Below are positions 27,274 through 38,671 of a stretch of 64,000 nucleotides of DNA, piece after piece. A program made the translations under genes and the position numbers. Below the pieces are notes generated by a model. The model did no database searches, was not told the origin of the DNA, and was given only the letters and a program-made list of their open reading frames with translations. Source of the DNA: Candidatus Krumholzibacteriota bacterium (lineage in GTDB: Bacteria; Krumholzibacteriota; Krumholzibacteriia; LZORAL124-64-63); assembly GCA_039714075.1 (NCBI GenBank), contig JBDLKA010000007.1:828-64827 (forward strand), given 5' to 3'. The first letter of the stretch is position 1. Each line of letters starts with the position of its first letter.

Positions 27274-27993
27274 TCACCGAATGATGAACCAGTCCTGGGC
27301 CGCCCCCACCACCCAGTGGATGATGACCACATACCAGACCGACCCCGTATGCCGCACCACCCCGCCAAAAGCAAGTCCCGCGGGAATGGCGGACGCCGTT
27401 TCGGTGAAGGGGCGCCCGAAATGCGCCACCACCGACAAGGCGGTCTGGATGATATTGGCCGCAGCGAAGCCGAAGCGGTCTTTCAGCCCGTACAGCAGGA
27501 TGCCCCGGAAAAGGATTTCCCAGGCGCTGTAGTAAATGAATTGAAGGCCGGCGTGTCTGGCGAATGGTCCCGGGGCAGCCGTCAAATGTGGGTCGAGCGG
27601 ATAGACCGCCCGCATTTCAGGCTGAAGCGACGATAATTTCGCCGCCAGGATCGCCACGGGAATTCCGACCGCCAGCCAGACCAGACCTCTTTTGGGTCGG
27701 CCGAAGCCCAGCCCGAAATCCCGCAGGCCCAGCCCGCACAGCTTTCTCGCGCACAGGAGAGGCAGCACGCCCAGGATCAGTCCCGCGGCCAGGTTGTGCT
27801 GCACCAGGGACAGCGGCTGCCGGGTCATTTCCATCCAGTCCCGGCCCACGGTCGTGACGCCGATCGTATCGGCCCTGGTCCAATAGTAGAATTGGGTCAG
27901 GGCGATCATGGCCACCAGAATCACCCAGGCACAACGGGCATCACGCTCCGGACTTTTGACAACGATGGAGGGCTCGGTAGGCATTCTGCTCAC
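27274..27993 (-). CDS. CPBP-family intramembrane glutamic/metallo-protease (CAAX protease / Abi-like)
   Basis: Motifs 'AWEILFRGILLY' (EExxxR-like), 'SVVAHF', 'IIHWVVGAAQD'. 6-7 TM. Confidence 0.75.
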   Translation of the reverse strand: MSRMPTEPSIVVKSPERDARCAWVILVAMIALTQFYYWTRADTIGVTTVGRDWMEMTRQPLSLVQHNLAAGLILGVLPLLCARKLCGLGLRDFGLGFGRPKRGLVWLAVGIPVAILAAKLSSLQPEMRAVYPLDPHLTAAPGPFARHAGLQFIYYSAWEILFRGILLYGLKDRFGFAAANIIQTALSVVAHFGRPFTETASAIPAGLAFGGVVRHTGSVWYVVIIHWVVGAAQDWFIIR

Positions 27994-28966
27994 CTCCCCC
28001 GATCCCCATGAGCCAATTCAGGGTCTGGGAAATTCCGGTATTCAGCGTCCGGGGCGCGTACCCCAGATCGGATCTGCTGGAGCTGATATCCTGTGGACGG
28101 TGCTCCAGAAAACTGTTGAGCCAGGCCGGGGTGATGCTGGGTGAACCGCCGCACTTTCCCGACAGCGCGCAAAGGAAAGCGAACGGCAAAACGGCCTGGG
28201 GCGGGACTTCAAAAACACGCCGCCAAATTCCCGATATGTCGGCGAGAACGGCCAGGAATTCAGCCACCGAAGCGTTTTCCCCGCCAAGGACATAGGCTTT
28301 CCCCCGGATGCCCTTGCGGGCCGCCAGGTCAATGCCCGCGGCCACGTCACCCACATGGACGTAGTTGGCCTGCACTCCTTGGTCCGCCAGCCGGAAACGG
28401 AGTTTCCCTTCGAGGTACATGGCCATCAGCCGCGTGGTCCCGTTGGCGTCGTTCCACGGTCCGGGCCCATAAATGCGGGACGGGCGAACGATCACCGCGT
28501 CATGGCCGTCGGCCACGTATTTCCGCACCAGGAGTTCGGCCGCCCGTTTGCTTTCGCCGTACACGGTCGATCGGTGGGAAATCCCCCAGGCCGTGGCGTA
28601 TCTTTCAGGAGGCCGGGCCAACACCGAAGACACATGAACGACCCGACGAACGGAATGACCGGCGGCGGACTTCAAGAGGGTGTCCACGGCATCGGTATTG
28701 ACGCGGAAGTAGTCCCGGGAGTCTTTCACGTGGGCCCGGGCCAGGGCCGCCAGATGCAGGATGGTATGGCAGCCCGCAACCGCCCGGTCCACCGCGGCCC
28801 CATCCCGCAGTTCTCCCACGACGATCTCCACCCGGTCTCGGACCGATCTGTCCAGGCGGCCGGGATCGCGTACGAAAACCCGGACCTCTTCCCCTCTTTC
28901 CAGCAGGCGGGAAACCAGGCGTCCCCCGACAAATCCGGTTGAGCCTGTGACCAGGATCCTGTTCAT
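27941..28966 (-). CDS. NAD-dependent epimerase/dehydratase (extended SDR)
   Basis: 'MNRILVTGSTGFVGGRLVSRLLERGEEVRV' Rossmann GxxGxxG. 'YGESK' catalytic YxxxK. Confidence 0.8.
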   Translation of the reverse strand: MNRILVTGSTGFVGGRLVSRLLERGEEVRVFVRDPGRLDRSVRDRVEIVVGELRDGAAVDRAVAGCHTILHLAALARAHVKDSRDYFRVNTDAVDTLLKSAAGHSVRRVVHVSSVLARPPERYATAWGISHRSTVYGESKRAAELLVRKYVADGHDAVIVRPSRIYGPGPWNDANGTTRLMAMYLEGKLRFRLADQGVQANYVHVGDVAAGIDLAARKGIRGKAYVLGGENASVAEFLAVLADISGIWRRVFEVPPQAVLPFAFLCALSGKCGGSPSITPAWLNSFLEHRPQDISSSRSDLGYAPRTLNTGISQTLNWLMGIGGGEQNAYRALHRCQKSGA

Positions 28967-29916
28967 GACAAACCTCCTTTTCTCTCCGGCCCGCAGGGGG
29001 CGGGAAGGCCCAGTTTTTTTTGGGAAATGGATTGGGGTGAGGGGGCGGACTTTTTGACAACCCGGCCCCCGTACAGCGAAGTCAGTTTCCAGGCCATCAG
29101 CGCGACGGCCACGCCGGCCACAGCGTCGATGGCATAATGGTTGTTGGTATAGACGGTGGAAACGACGATGAATCCCGCCCAGGTCAGGCAGACAAGCCCC
29201 GTCGTCCGGCTGAAATGCCTGTGGACCAGAAGGCCGGCCGCGACGGACCCGGCGCAGTGCGAACTCGGGAAGGCCGTGCCCAGGGAATCCCCCGCTTCGA
29301 AAAATGCGTTGATGACCGGGCCGAACAGCCCTCCGACTCCCGGGGCGATCCCGCCGGCCGCATGAGCCAGATCACGGGGTCCCAGAACCGGCATGACGAG
29401 ATAGACCGCAAAACAGGTCAGGTAGGTGACCATGAGGCCCAGGGTGTGCTGCTCCAGTTCCCGTCCGCGCTTCCTGACCGCCAGCACCAGGGGCGGCCCG
29501 AGAATCAACAGGTAATACGACAGGTAGGAAAATCCCATGACGTTCCGCAGCCACTGCCAGTCCAGCAAAGCCGGCAACACCCGGTTCAGATGGAAACCGA
29601 ACACCGCCAGATCGGCCGCCATGACGGCCCTGTCATGGACCACCGGAAGGGTCAGGCCGTACAACCACCCGATTTCCGACCAGGCCAGGGTCCAGAACAG
29701 ATAGGGGTACGCCTGTTTCAGGATCTTCAGGGACCTTCCGGTTCCCGGTCCCGAGCGGGGCATTTCCATGAAGAGGAACGCCAGCCCCACATGAAGGACC
29801 ACCATCAGCGGCGTCAACGGTTCGGCCGCCGCACGCAGAACCCAGATTCCGGCCAACATCACGTTGTAGGCCATGAAAAGCAGTTCCACCGCCGGTTTTT
29901 CCTTTTTCATATCCAT
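28963..29916 (-). CDS. PAP2-superfamily membrane phosphatase / phosphotransferase
   Basis: PAP2 motifs 'FPSSHCAGS' and 'YTNNHYAIDAVAG'. Multiple TM segments. Start provisionally at 'MDMKKEKP'. Confidence 0.65.
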   Translation of the reverse strand: MDMKKEKPAVELLFMAYNVMLAGIWVLRAAAEPLTPLMVVLHVGLAFLFMEMPRSGPGTGRSLKILKQAYPYLFWTLAWSEIGWLYGLTLPVVHDRAVMAADLAVFGFHLNRVLPALLDWQWLRNVMGFSYLSYYLLILGPPLVLAVRKRGRELEQHTLGLMVTYLTCFAVYLVMPVLGPRDLAHAAGGIAPGVGGLFGPVINAFFEAGDSLGTAFPSSHCAGSVAAGLLVHRHFSRTTGLVCLTWAGFIVVSTVYTNNHYAIDAVAGVAVALMAWKLTSLYGGRVVKKSAPSPQSISQKKLGLPAPCGPERKGGLS

Positions 29917-30887
29917 TGGTTTCTCCTCAGCCATACCCCCGTGGAGGCAACTCCCGTCTCCAGCGAGAACCCGGGTTGGAATCCGATTTCCCTGATGGCC
30001 GACCCCGGATCGCATACCCAGCGCAACTGTGACAGTTCACGGACACGATCCCGGTTGAGAACCGCGGCCCTTCGCCCCAACATGGCCGCTACTTCTGCAA
30101 CCAAAGCGATCGGGCGGGCAGCCGCTACCGGAACCGCGACCTTGACCGGTCGGCGTCCCAGGGCCCGGCCGATGGCCAGAACGAATTGACCCCAGGTAAC
30201 CGATTGGGGATGAGCAAGATTGAAGGTCCGGCCAGGGGCCGCGGACGATTGCGCCGCAGCCATCAGGCCATTGACGGCGTCCAGGACGTGGACGACGCTG
30301 ACCTCCCTGTCCCAAGGCCCGATCGTCAGGGCGAATCCCCGGGCTACCATGCGAAAGAGTTTCAAAACCACCCGGTCCCTGGGCCCGTAAATGGCCGGGA
30401 ACCGGCAGACCACCGCCGGGACACGATCGGAATAGGCATGAACGACAGCTTCGGCCTGCAGCTTGGATCGCCCGTAATGGGAAAGGGGACGCGGCGGCGT
30501 ATCACTGGTCAGGCTTTCCCCCGCGGACGCCGGGCCCACGGCTGCCAGTGACGACATGAACACCACCCTCGGCGGCGAGGCCGCACAACCGGCGGCGGCC
30601 TGCATGATGTTGGCCGTCCCCCGCGTGTTGACCTCGTAGCATTCGTCCGGGGTCCTGGCTTCGGTCAGGGCCGCCAGGTGATACACCACATCGGCGGGAC
30701 AAATCAGGTCGTTCAGAATCTCGTGGTCCGCCAATCCGCAGTCGTGGAATTCCACATCCAGACCCTCGATCCAGCCTTGAAGGGCTCCCGGTCTTTCGAT
30801 GCAGACCACTTCATACCCGCGGCCCAGCAGTTTTTCGACGAGATGGCTGCCCACGAAACCGGCGGCGCCTGTCACTACTGCGCGCAT
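29907..30887 (-). CDS. NAD-dependent epimerase/dehydratase (second SDR paralog)
   Basis: Start at 'MRAVVTGAAGFVGSHLVEKLLGRGYEV' (30887). 'YGRSK' YxxxK. The upstream part of the ORF-track entry (to 31160) is not coding. Confidence 0.8.
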   Translation of the reverse strand: MRAVVTGAAGFVGSHLVEKLLGRGYEVVCIERPGALQGWIEGLDVEFHDCGLADHEILNDLICPADVVYHLAALTEARTPDECYEVNTRGTANIMQAAAGCAASPPRVVFMSSLAAVGPASAGESLTSDTPPRPLSHYGRSKLQAEAVVHAYSDRVPAVVCRFPAIYGPRDRVVLKLFRMVARGFALTIGPWDREVSVVHVLDAVNGLMAAAQSSAAPGRTFNLAHPQSVTWGQFVLAIGRALGRRPVKVAVPVAAARPIALVAEVAAMLGRRAAVLNRDRVRELSQLRWVCDPGSAIREIGFQPGFSLETGVASTGVWLRRNQWI

Positions 30888-31762
30888 GACAGCCTCCTTT
30901 CGGTGACTTGCAGGGATTTGATGGCCGCAGCCACGATGTCGGGCTGTTCCTCGAAAATGAAGTGGCCGGCGCCGGGAACCGGCTGCCGGGAGAAGTGCGC
31001 CAGACCGGTGCGCAGGATGTCGATCTCCCCCGCGGATACCGCGCCGGAATGAGGCGCTTCCCCGGTCAGCAGCAGAACCGGGCAGCCCACGTTCTGCAGA
31101 TTGTCCTGCAGGAATTCGGGTTCCGTGGCGTCGGCCATGGCCCGCAGCGTGTCGATGCACCGACCCAGATCGGCGTTGATGTTCTTGAGGTAGCGGCCCA
31201 AAGTGCGCCGGTCGAGCCAGGTCCGGTCGCCGGAAGCATCTTCGAGACTGCTCTTGAACTTGTCCCGCAGCAGGCGTCCGCCACCCAGTTTGGCGATGAC
31301 CGAAGCGAATTTCAGGGACTTGGCCACCGTGGGCGTGGCCGCCGATTCGTCAGGACCGCCCTCCACCGAAACCACCGCCTTGGCCAACTCGGGTCGGCGA
31401 TAAGCCAGGCGCATGGCCACTGAAGCGGAAATCCCGTGACCCACGATGATGGCGCCCTTCAAATCAAGGGTATCCATGACCGCGGCGACCCGGTCGGCCT
31501 GCCCGGTCAGGGAATAATCCGCCCGGACCGGTCGGCTGGAGGATCCAATGCCCAGCGGTTCGATGATGACCGTGCGGAAGCCGTACTCCTGGAGGGGGGG
31601 AACGATTTTCCTGTAACCATAAGCGCAGCCGGACAACCCCGGCAGCAGAACCACGGGATCCCCGGCTCCCGCTGAAATAACCGTCAGAGCCTGGTCGGGC
31701 GCGACTTCGACCATCTGCGCCGCCCCCAGGTTCAACATCAGTACCAGCATCAGTGTCGTCAT
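30875..31762 (-). CDS. Alpha/beta-fold hydrolase
   Basis: Nucleophile elbow 'VGHGISAS' (GxSxG variant). 'HFIFEEQPD' C-terminal block. N-terminal signal-like 'MTTLMLVLMLNLGAAQ'. Confidence 0.75.
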   Translation of the reverse strand: MTTLMLVLMLNLGAAQMVEVAPDQALTVISAGAGDPVVLLPGLSGCAYGYRKIVPPLQEYGFRTVIIEPLGIGSSSRPVRADYSLTGQADRVAAVMDTLDLKGAIIVGHGISASVAMRLAYRRPELAKAVVSVEGGPDESAATPTVAKSLKFASVIAKLGGGRLLRDKFKSSLEDASGDRTWLDRRTLGRYLKNINADLGRCIDTLRAMADATEPEFLQDNLQNVGCPVLLLTGEAPHSGAVSAGEIDILRTGLAHFSRQPVPGAGHFIFEEQPDIVAAAIKSLQVTERRLSCAQ

Positions 31763-32057
31763 GGGTTCCCCCCTTGCTACCACGGATCATTTCCTCTGGA
31801 TCCGCACGTTTATCGATTCTGAAGGGGATACCGCAAGGCCGGGCCCAAAGAGGCAGGATTCTACAAGAGATCTTCTATTTAACTTTTTACCAACAGCTTA
31901 CAGATTGCTTCCCAAAAACCGAGGAACACATACAACCCAGAATATCCCAAAAATAGTATGTTTTCCCATACAGCCCGATTCCCCCACCGAACACACTTTC
32001 CGGCGGTGTCGCTTCAGGCTCTGGGTATTCGGCCACTTGCTGCTTCGGTAATCGATT

Positions 32058-32149
32058 CGGGCTTGAGCCCCAATACAAAGGATCCGGGTAATCCGCAGGG
32101 CCGAAGGCCTGAGGACATCCCGGATCCTTTGTATTGGGGCTCAAGCCCG
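32058..32149. repeat. 92-nt near-perfect inverted repeat (31-bp stem, 30-nt loop) directly downstream of the stop of the 32156..33022 gene
   Basis: Left arm 'cgggcttgagccccaatacaaaggatccggg' (32058-32088) is the exact reverse complement of 32119-32149. The loop contains a nested GGCC-gaa-GGCC. Mirrored peptides 'GLSPNTKDPG' appear in the ORF track on both strands. Confidence 0.7.
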
Positions 32150-32155
32150 AACCGA

Positions 32156-33022
32156 TCACCCAAGCAACAACTGCACCGACTCCACCAGCACCTGAATGTG
32201 CTCCCCGGATTCGTAATCGAGAGTAGAACCGTGAATACTATGCGGAATGGAGAAGATCACGAAGATCACCAGCATGGCGGCCACCGCCCACCACTTCCCC
32301 GCGCGATTTCCGGGACCCGCGTTCCAGGACCGGACCATGGCTATCAGCCACAACAAAGCACCGACGGCCAGCTTGTTGTCCGTCAGGTCCTCACCCAAGG
32401 GCCAACCGGTCCAGTAGGCGTCGAAGGCGTACTTCTGGACAATCGGCCCCAGGACCAGCCCTCCGACAACCAGGAAGCCGAAGGTGACGCGGGACAGCTG
32501 TTTCAGGTTGGGACCGTTGGTCAGGGCCTCGAAACCGGCCCCGGTGGAAAACAAAAACGCGAGCACGATGGCGAAAATGTGCAGGATCAAAATGGTGTTG
32601 GGCACGTCGCCCTTGAAGCGGGCCACGGCGGCTTCGTCGGCCGGGACCTCTATCATCTGGCCGTCCTTGACGAATTGCACGTGGTACTCGACCTTGCCGG
32701 CCATGCCCTGGCGCGGAATCGCGGCGCGCAGCACCTCGCCGTCGCGTTCCATGGGCAGGTTGATCCAGGGATCCTCGGTGGGGAACCGCCGCCAGACGAC
32801 TGTGGCCGAAACGCCGGCGTCGGGCACATGGACGGTGACCGGCATGTCGGCGCTGATGCTGTGGGTGCGCAGCAACTCGCCCTTGATGGGCGTACCCGCC
32901 AATTCTGTGTCGAATCGTTTTTCGTAGGTGGGCCCGGAGATCTTCTGCCAGACCAGGAAAGCAGCCGTCAGGACAAAGGCCACGAACCAGAGCAGGATGA
33001 CACGCTTCAAAACCAACCTCAC
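32156..33022 (-). CDS. Hypothetical membrane protein (N-terminal TM, ~130-aa extracytoplasmic domain, 4 C-terminal TM)
   Basis: Hydrophobicity pattern. Last gene of the POT-transporter operon. Confidence 0.55.
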   Translation of the reverse strand: MRLVLKRVILLWFVAFVLTAAFLVWQKISGPTYEKRFDTELAGTPIKGELLRTHSISADMPVTVHVPDAGVSATVVWRRFPTEDPWINLPMERDGEVLRAAIPRQGMAGKVEYHVQFVKDGQMIEVPADEAAVARFKGDVPNTILILHIFAIVLAFLFSTGAGFEALTNGPNLKQLSRVTFGFLVVGGLVLGPIVQKYAFDAYWTGWPLGEDLTDNKLAVGALLWLIAMVRSWNAGPGNRAGKWWAVAAMLVIFVIFSIPHSIHGSTLDYESGEHIQVLVESVQLLLG

Positions 33023-33070
33023 AGTCTACGGGGCCCGCAGAACACTGCGGGCCCCAGATCCATCGCCTTG

Positions 33071-35023
33071 TCAGGCGCCGTATTTCTTGATGGCCGCATC
33101 CAGGCGCGGCAGCATGACGAAGATGAAGCCGGCCACCGCCAGGATGGCCGCCGCCAGCACCACGAACATGGTCGTGCCGGGCTCCAGGCCGCTGATGAAA
33201 CCGGACATCTTGTTACCGACCGCGGTGGCCAGGAACCAGCCGCCCATCATCAGGCCGACCAGCCGCTTGGGCGCCAGTTTCGTCACCAGCGACAAGCCCA
33301 TGGGCGACAGGCAAAGCTCACCGAAAGTGATGATGAGGTAGTAATAAACCAGCCACATCATCGAGGTCTTGGCGGCGCCGTCCTGGCCCAGTTTCGCGCC
33401 CAGCGCCATGACCAGCAGCGAGACGGTGGTGATCACCATGCCGAGGAAGATCTTGCGGGCCGTGGTCACGCCCTTGCCCCGCTTGACGCGCCAGGCAAAG
33501 AACCAGACCACCACCGGAGTAAGGATTACGACAAAAAACGGATTCAGGAATCCGGTCAAAAGTTCGGCATTCACCAGCCGTACATACTTGCCCGGAGCCA
33601 GTCGCGGAGTGTCCGGGCCGGCCTTGCGATAAACCTCTCCGAAGGAGCCCTGGGAAACCATGATCACCGGCACCTGGGACCCCTCGATGTCGCGGGTCAG
33701 GGCGACCTGGCCGCTGGAAGGTGTCTGTTCGGGAACGATCTTGACGCTGGTGGTCGTCACCCCGTGGGCGTCCTTCGCCTCGGTGATGGCGACGTTTTCA
33801 TCGGGGAACACCTTGCACGCGAAACCGCCCTCGAGGTCGGGCTGGCCCGTGTATTCGTGCACCGTAACCCCGGACATCTTGTCGGCCTCGATCATGGCCA
33901 CGGTGGACTGGTTGAGGATGCGGGCGCCGAACATGGACTCGGCCTGCTCCGAAACGGTGAACAGGGTGCGCTCGTCAGGCCGCTCCAGATCCGCAGCGGC
34001 GTTGCCGAAGTACGAAGGCATGGCTTTCTGGGCGTAGAACTCGGTGGCCGTCGGAATCCACTCGGCCCGGCGGTCGGTGTTGTTTTCGGCGAAAACGGTG
34101 ATCAGGCCGCCGCTCAGATGCAGCACCATGAAGAACGCCCCACCGGCGATGTAGACCGGGATCAGGGCGGCCAGGCCCGGCTTCTCCTCCGGATTGGCCC
34201 GCCGCACCAGGTTCAGGAAATAACCCATGATGGGCAGCATGCCGATGATGAAGGCGAAGGTCACCGGCCCGATGGTGTTGGTCACGAAGGGGATCTCCTG
34301 CCCCACGAAATACCCGAGGGCCCCGAAACCGCCCGCCGGAAACAGAATGGTCAGGAACACCTGGCGCAGCCCGAAATCACCCGGAGCGGTAGTGGGTTTG
34401 CGGTCGGCATCGGCCAGTCCCTTCCAGTTGATGAGCAGGATCACGACCCCGATCAGCATGCCCACTCCGGCTGCCGAAAAGGCCATGTTGAAGCTCCACA
34501 GGTTCCGCAACGGAGCGGCCAAAAGAGCGGAAATGGTCGCCCCGATGTTGATCCCCATGTAGAAGATGTTGAACCCCGCGTCGCGTCGCGGATCATCCGG
34601 AGCGTAAAGATTACCCACCATGGCCGAGATGTTGGGTTTGAAGAACCCGTTGCCGAAACAAAGCAGGGCCAGACCGGCGTAGAAGGTCGGCATGCTGCGG
34701 ATACCCAGGGCGAAATAACCGGCGGCCAGCAGGATGCCACCGACCAGCACCGAACGGCGGTAACCCAGAACCCGGTCGGCGATCATGCCCCCCACGAACG
34801 GCGTGAAATACACGAAGGCCATGTAGGTCCCGTAGATTTCGCCGGCGGCCGCGGTCGTGAAACCCAGTCCGCCCCGTTCCTTGTCGATGATGTAGAGGAA
34901 CAGGATGCCCAGCATCAGGTAGAAGCCGAGGCGCTCCCACATTTCCGTGAAGAACAGGGCTTTCAAACCCCTGGGATGCCCTTTGGGCGGGGCACCGGTC
35001 ATGGCTTGGGCTTGGGACATCAT
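33071..35023 (-). CDS. POT/PTR2-family proton-dependent oligopeptide transporter with ~190-aa extracytoplasmic insertion
   Basis: POT signatures 'ERLGFYLMLGILFLYI', 'GGMIADRVLGYRRSV', 'FYMGINIGA'. Large soluble insertion 'ENNTDRRAEW...LTGFLNPF' between late TM helices. Confidence 0.85.
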   Translation of the reverse strand: MMSQAQAMTGAPPKGHPRGLKALFFTEMWERLGFYLMLGILFLYIIDKERGGLGFTTAAAGEIYGTYMAFVYFTPFVGGMIADRVLGYRRSVLVGGILLAAGYFALGIRSMPTFYAGLALLCFGNGFFKPNISAMVGNLYAPDDPRRDAGFNIFYMGINIGATISALLAAPLRNLWSFNMAFSAAGVGMLIGVVILLINWKGLADADRKPTTAPGDFGLRQVFLTILFPAGGFGALGYFVGQEIPFVTNTIGPVTFAFIIGMLPIMGYFLNLVRRANPEEKPGLAALIPVYIAGGAFFMVLHLSGGLITVFAENNTDRRAEWIPTATEFYAQKAMPSYFGNAAADLERPDERTLFTVSEQAESMFGARILNQSTVAMIEADKMSGVTVHEYTGQPDLEGGFACKVFPDENVAITEAKDAHGVTTTSVKIVPEQTPSSGQVALTRDIEGSQVPVIMVSQGSFGEVYRKAGPDTPRLAPGKYVRLVNAELLTGFLNPFFVVILTPVVVWFFAWRVKRGKGVTTARKIFLGMVITTVSLLVMALGAKLGQDGAAKTSMMWLVYYYLIITFGELCLSPMGLSLVTKLAPKRLVGLMMGGWFLATAVGNKMSGFISGLEPGTTMFVVLAAAILAVAGFIFVMLPRLDAAIKKYGA

Positions 35024-35179
35024 CAGCCTCCGGGATGGGAATGGTTGGCAGCCACCATTGGGGATTCAAAAAACGGCGGTTGCCCGATCCGGGAATCGGG
35101 AAACCGCCATTTCAAATTGCGGTCCGGTGCAAAATACCCCATTCGGGGGCCAAGGACCACAGATTTTTGAGCTTTCTGC

Positions 35180-36676
<1,497 letters not shown>

Positions 36677-36774
36677 GAGTCGTGATTCCTGCGGGAACCG
36701 GGAATCAAGCAGGATGGGAATCCTGAATCTTAATTCCCGGCATTCTACGGGCCGGGCCCGATGGCGTCAAGGCG

Positions 36775-37635
36775 TCAGGCGGGACAGGGTTCGGACATCA
36801 GGGCGTTGGCCACGATTTCGTCCTGTTGGCCCCCCAGGTCCTCCCTCAAGCCGGCCACGAACTCCGCTTCCAGGTCGAGTCTCTTCAACAAGCCGGCGAC
36901 CAGGGGATGGGTGTGGGGATCCAGTTCCTGCTCGATGATCAGGGCCAGCAGGTTGCCCACCGCCACGGCACGGACCACGTCCTGGCTCTCGGGCGCCAGC
37001 CTGGGATCGTGGTGATGTTCGATGGCCTGGCAGAGGACCGCCGGGAAGCCCCAGGTTTCGGCAAGCATCGCCCCGGCCTCGCAGTGATCGAACCCCAGAA
37101 GCCGGCGCTCGGCCCCGGAGACGTCAAAGGCCGGTTCGGCGGTCACCAGGGTTTTCCGGGTCCCCACCAGGTGGGCGTCGATGACCAGCATGCCGACGTC
37201 ATGGACCAAGCCGGCGGTGAACACTTCGCATTTTTTCTGGCCGTAGCCCATGCGCTCGGCCGCGAACGAAGAGGCCGACGCAGCCAGAAGGGAGTGGTTC
37301 CAGAACCGGCTGCGGCTCACGTTGTAACCCACCAGGTCCCGGCGCATGACCGGCGCCATGCCCGAGGCGAACGCCATGGTCACCACGGCCCGGTTGCCCA
37401 GCATGACCAGGGCATCCTGGACGCTGCTGATCTCACGGCGAGCTCCGTAGAAGGCGGAATTGCTCATCTTCAGGACGTTGGCCGTCATGGCGGGATCACG
37501 GTGCAGGATGGCCACCACGCTCCGGGCGCTGGCGTCCTCATCCCGGAACAGGTAAAGCAGATCGACCACGGTGGTGGGAAGGGCGGCCAGATCACCGGTA
37601 TTCGCCACCAGATTATACAGCGTCTTGTTCGACAT
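36775..37635 (-). CDS. HDOD-domain signalling protein
   Basis: HDOD-like blocks, 'HHHDPRL'. Start at internal Met 'MSNKTLYNLV'. Confidence 0.7.
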   Translation of the reverse strand: MSNKTLYNLVANTGDLAALPTTVVDLLYLFRDEDASARSVVAILHRDPAMTANVLKMSNSAFYGARREISSVQDALVMLGNRAVVTMAFASGMAPVMRRDLVGYNVSRSRFWNHSLLAASASSFAAERMGYGQKKCEVFTAGLVHDVGMLVIDAHLVGTRKTLVTAEPAFDVSGAERRLLGFDHCEAGAMLAETWGFPAVLCQAIEHHHDPRLAPESQDVVRAVAVGNLLALIIEQELDPHTHPLVAGLLKRLDLEAEFVAGLREDLGGQQDEIVANALMSEPCPA

Positions 37636-37835
37636 TCTTTCCCCCAGTATTGGTTTCCATTTGACCTGCGGTCCCGGCGGGACTGGCAAGATTTTCGCCC
37701 CTCGGACCACGGTTTTGCACCAGTGGCCGCCATGGATTCGCGGCAGATTGCCTCAAATCCCCGCCTGCGGCCCTTTATGACCTGAATCTCCGGATATTTA
37801 TCAAAAATCAAGCCCAACCGGGAGTTAGGAAGAAT

Positions 37836-38576
37836 TTATCGGGGCTCCAGCCCAAAATGGCGGGCCAGTTCGAGGAATTCCGTGGCCAGATCCTCCCAGC
37901 GGCCGGCCGCACGGCTGTCCAGGGGAGTTTCCCCCAGATTGACGATGGCCAGACGGCCCCCGGTTTCCAGGGTGGCCAGGGGAACCGAAGCCGCAGGCTG
38001 AACCACCAGGGATGAACCCAATACCAGCAGCAGATCCACCGACCCGGCCAAGGCGATAGCGTTCTCGAGGGCCCCGGCCGGCAGCATCTCCCCGAAAAAA
38101 GTGATGTCGGGCTTGAAGACCCCGCCGCAGCGGTCGCAGACGGGCAGGCGGCCGGCCCGCACCTCCGGCACAACCTGCTCGAAGGCGATCCGGTGGCCGC
38201 AACCAAGGCAGGAATGCCTGGCCGGTGAGCCGTGGAGCTCGATGACGTTCCGCGACCCGGCTTTCTGGTGCAGCATGTCGATATTCTGGGTCGCCACCCC
38301 GCGAATCAGTCCTCGGGATTCGAGAGCCGCGCAAACGGTGTGAACGATGGAAGGACGGCGCTGATCCAGGTTGTAGATGAAATCCCGGGCGTGTTCGTAA
38401 TAATACCCCGGATCACGCAGGAATTGATCCAGACCGAAGATGCGGTCGGCGTCCAGTTGCCGGTAGATACCCTGCGGCCCGCGAAAATCCGGAATGCCGC
38501 TCAGGGTGGAAACCCCCGCTCCCGTAAAAACGGCAATGCTGTCCGCGGATTCAATCATTTCGACAAGTTTCAGCAT
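37836..38576 (-). CDS. NAD-dependent protein deacylase, Sir2 family (CobB-like sirtuin)
   Basis: '[17 protein letters not shown]', '[11 protein letters not shown]', Zn ribbon 'CLGCG...CDRCGG'. Canonical catalytic 'ELHG'. Start provisionally at '[10 protein letters not shown]'. Confidence 0.8.
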   Translation of the reverse strand: MLKLVEMIESADSIAVFTGAGVSTLSGIPDFRGPQGIYRQLDADRIFGLDQFLRDPGYYYEHARDFIYNLDQRRPSIVHTVCAALESRGLIRGVATQNIDMLHQKAGSRNVIELHGSPARHSCLGCGHRIAFEQVVPEVRAGRLPVCDRCGGVFKPDITFFGEMLPAGALENAIALAGSVDLLLVLGSSLVVQPAASVPLATLETGGRLAIVNLGETPLDSRAAGRWEDLATEFLELARHFGLEPR

Positions 38577-38671
38577 GGCCGCAGTATACCCCTGCCCGCC
38601 CGGAAACTCCATTTTTTCGGTAAATTTCCCCAGACCGGTCGCCGTGGCACGCCATCTGCTTGCCAATGACC

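Noticed and set aside
37836-38576. Sir2-domain protein as a possible anti-phage defence effector (ThsA/DSR-like)
   Set aside because: It is CobB-sized (~245 aa) with an intact sirtuin deacylase catalytic core and Zn ribbon. It has no SLOG/Macro/TIR/HerA partner. It sits beside housekeeping-type genes (HDOD protein), so it is most likely an ordinary protein deacylase.
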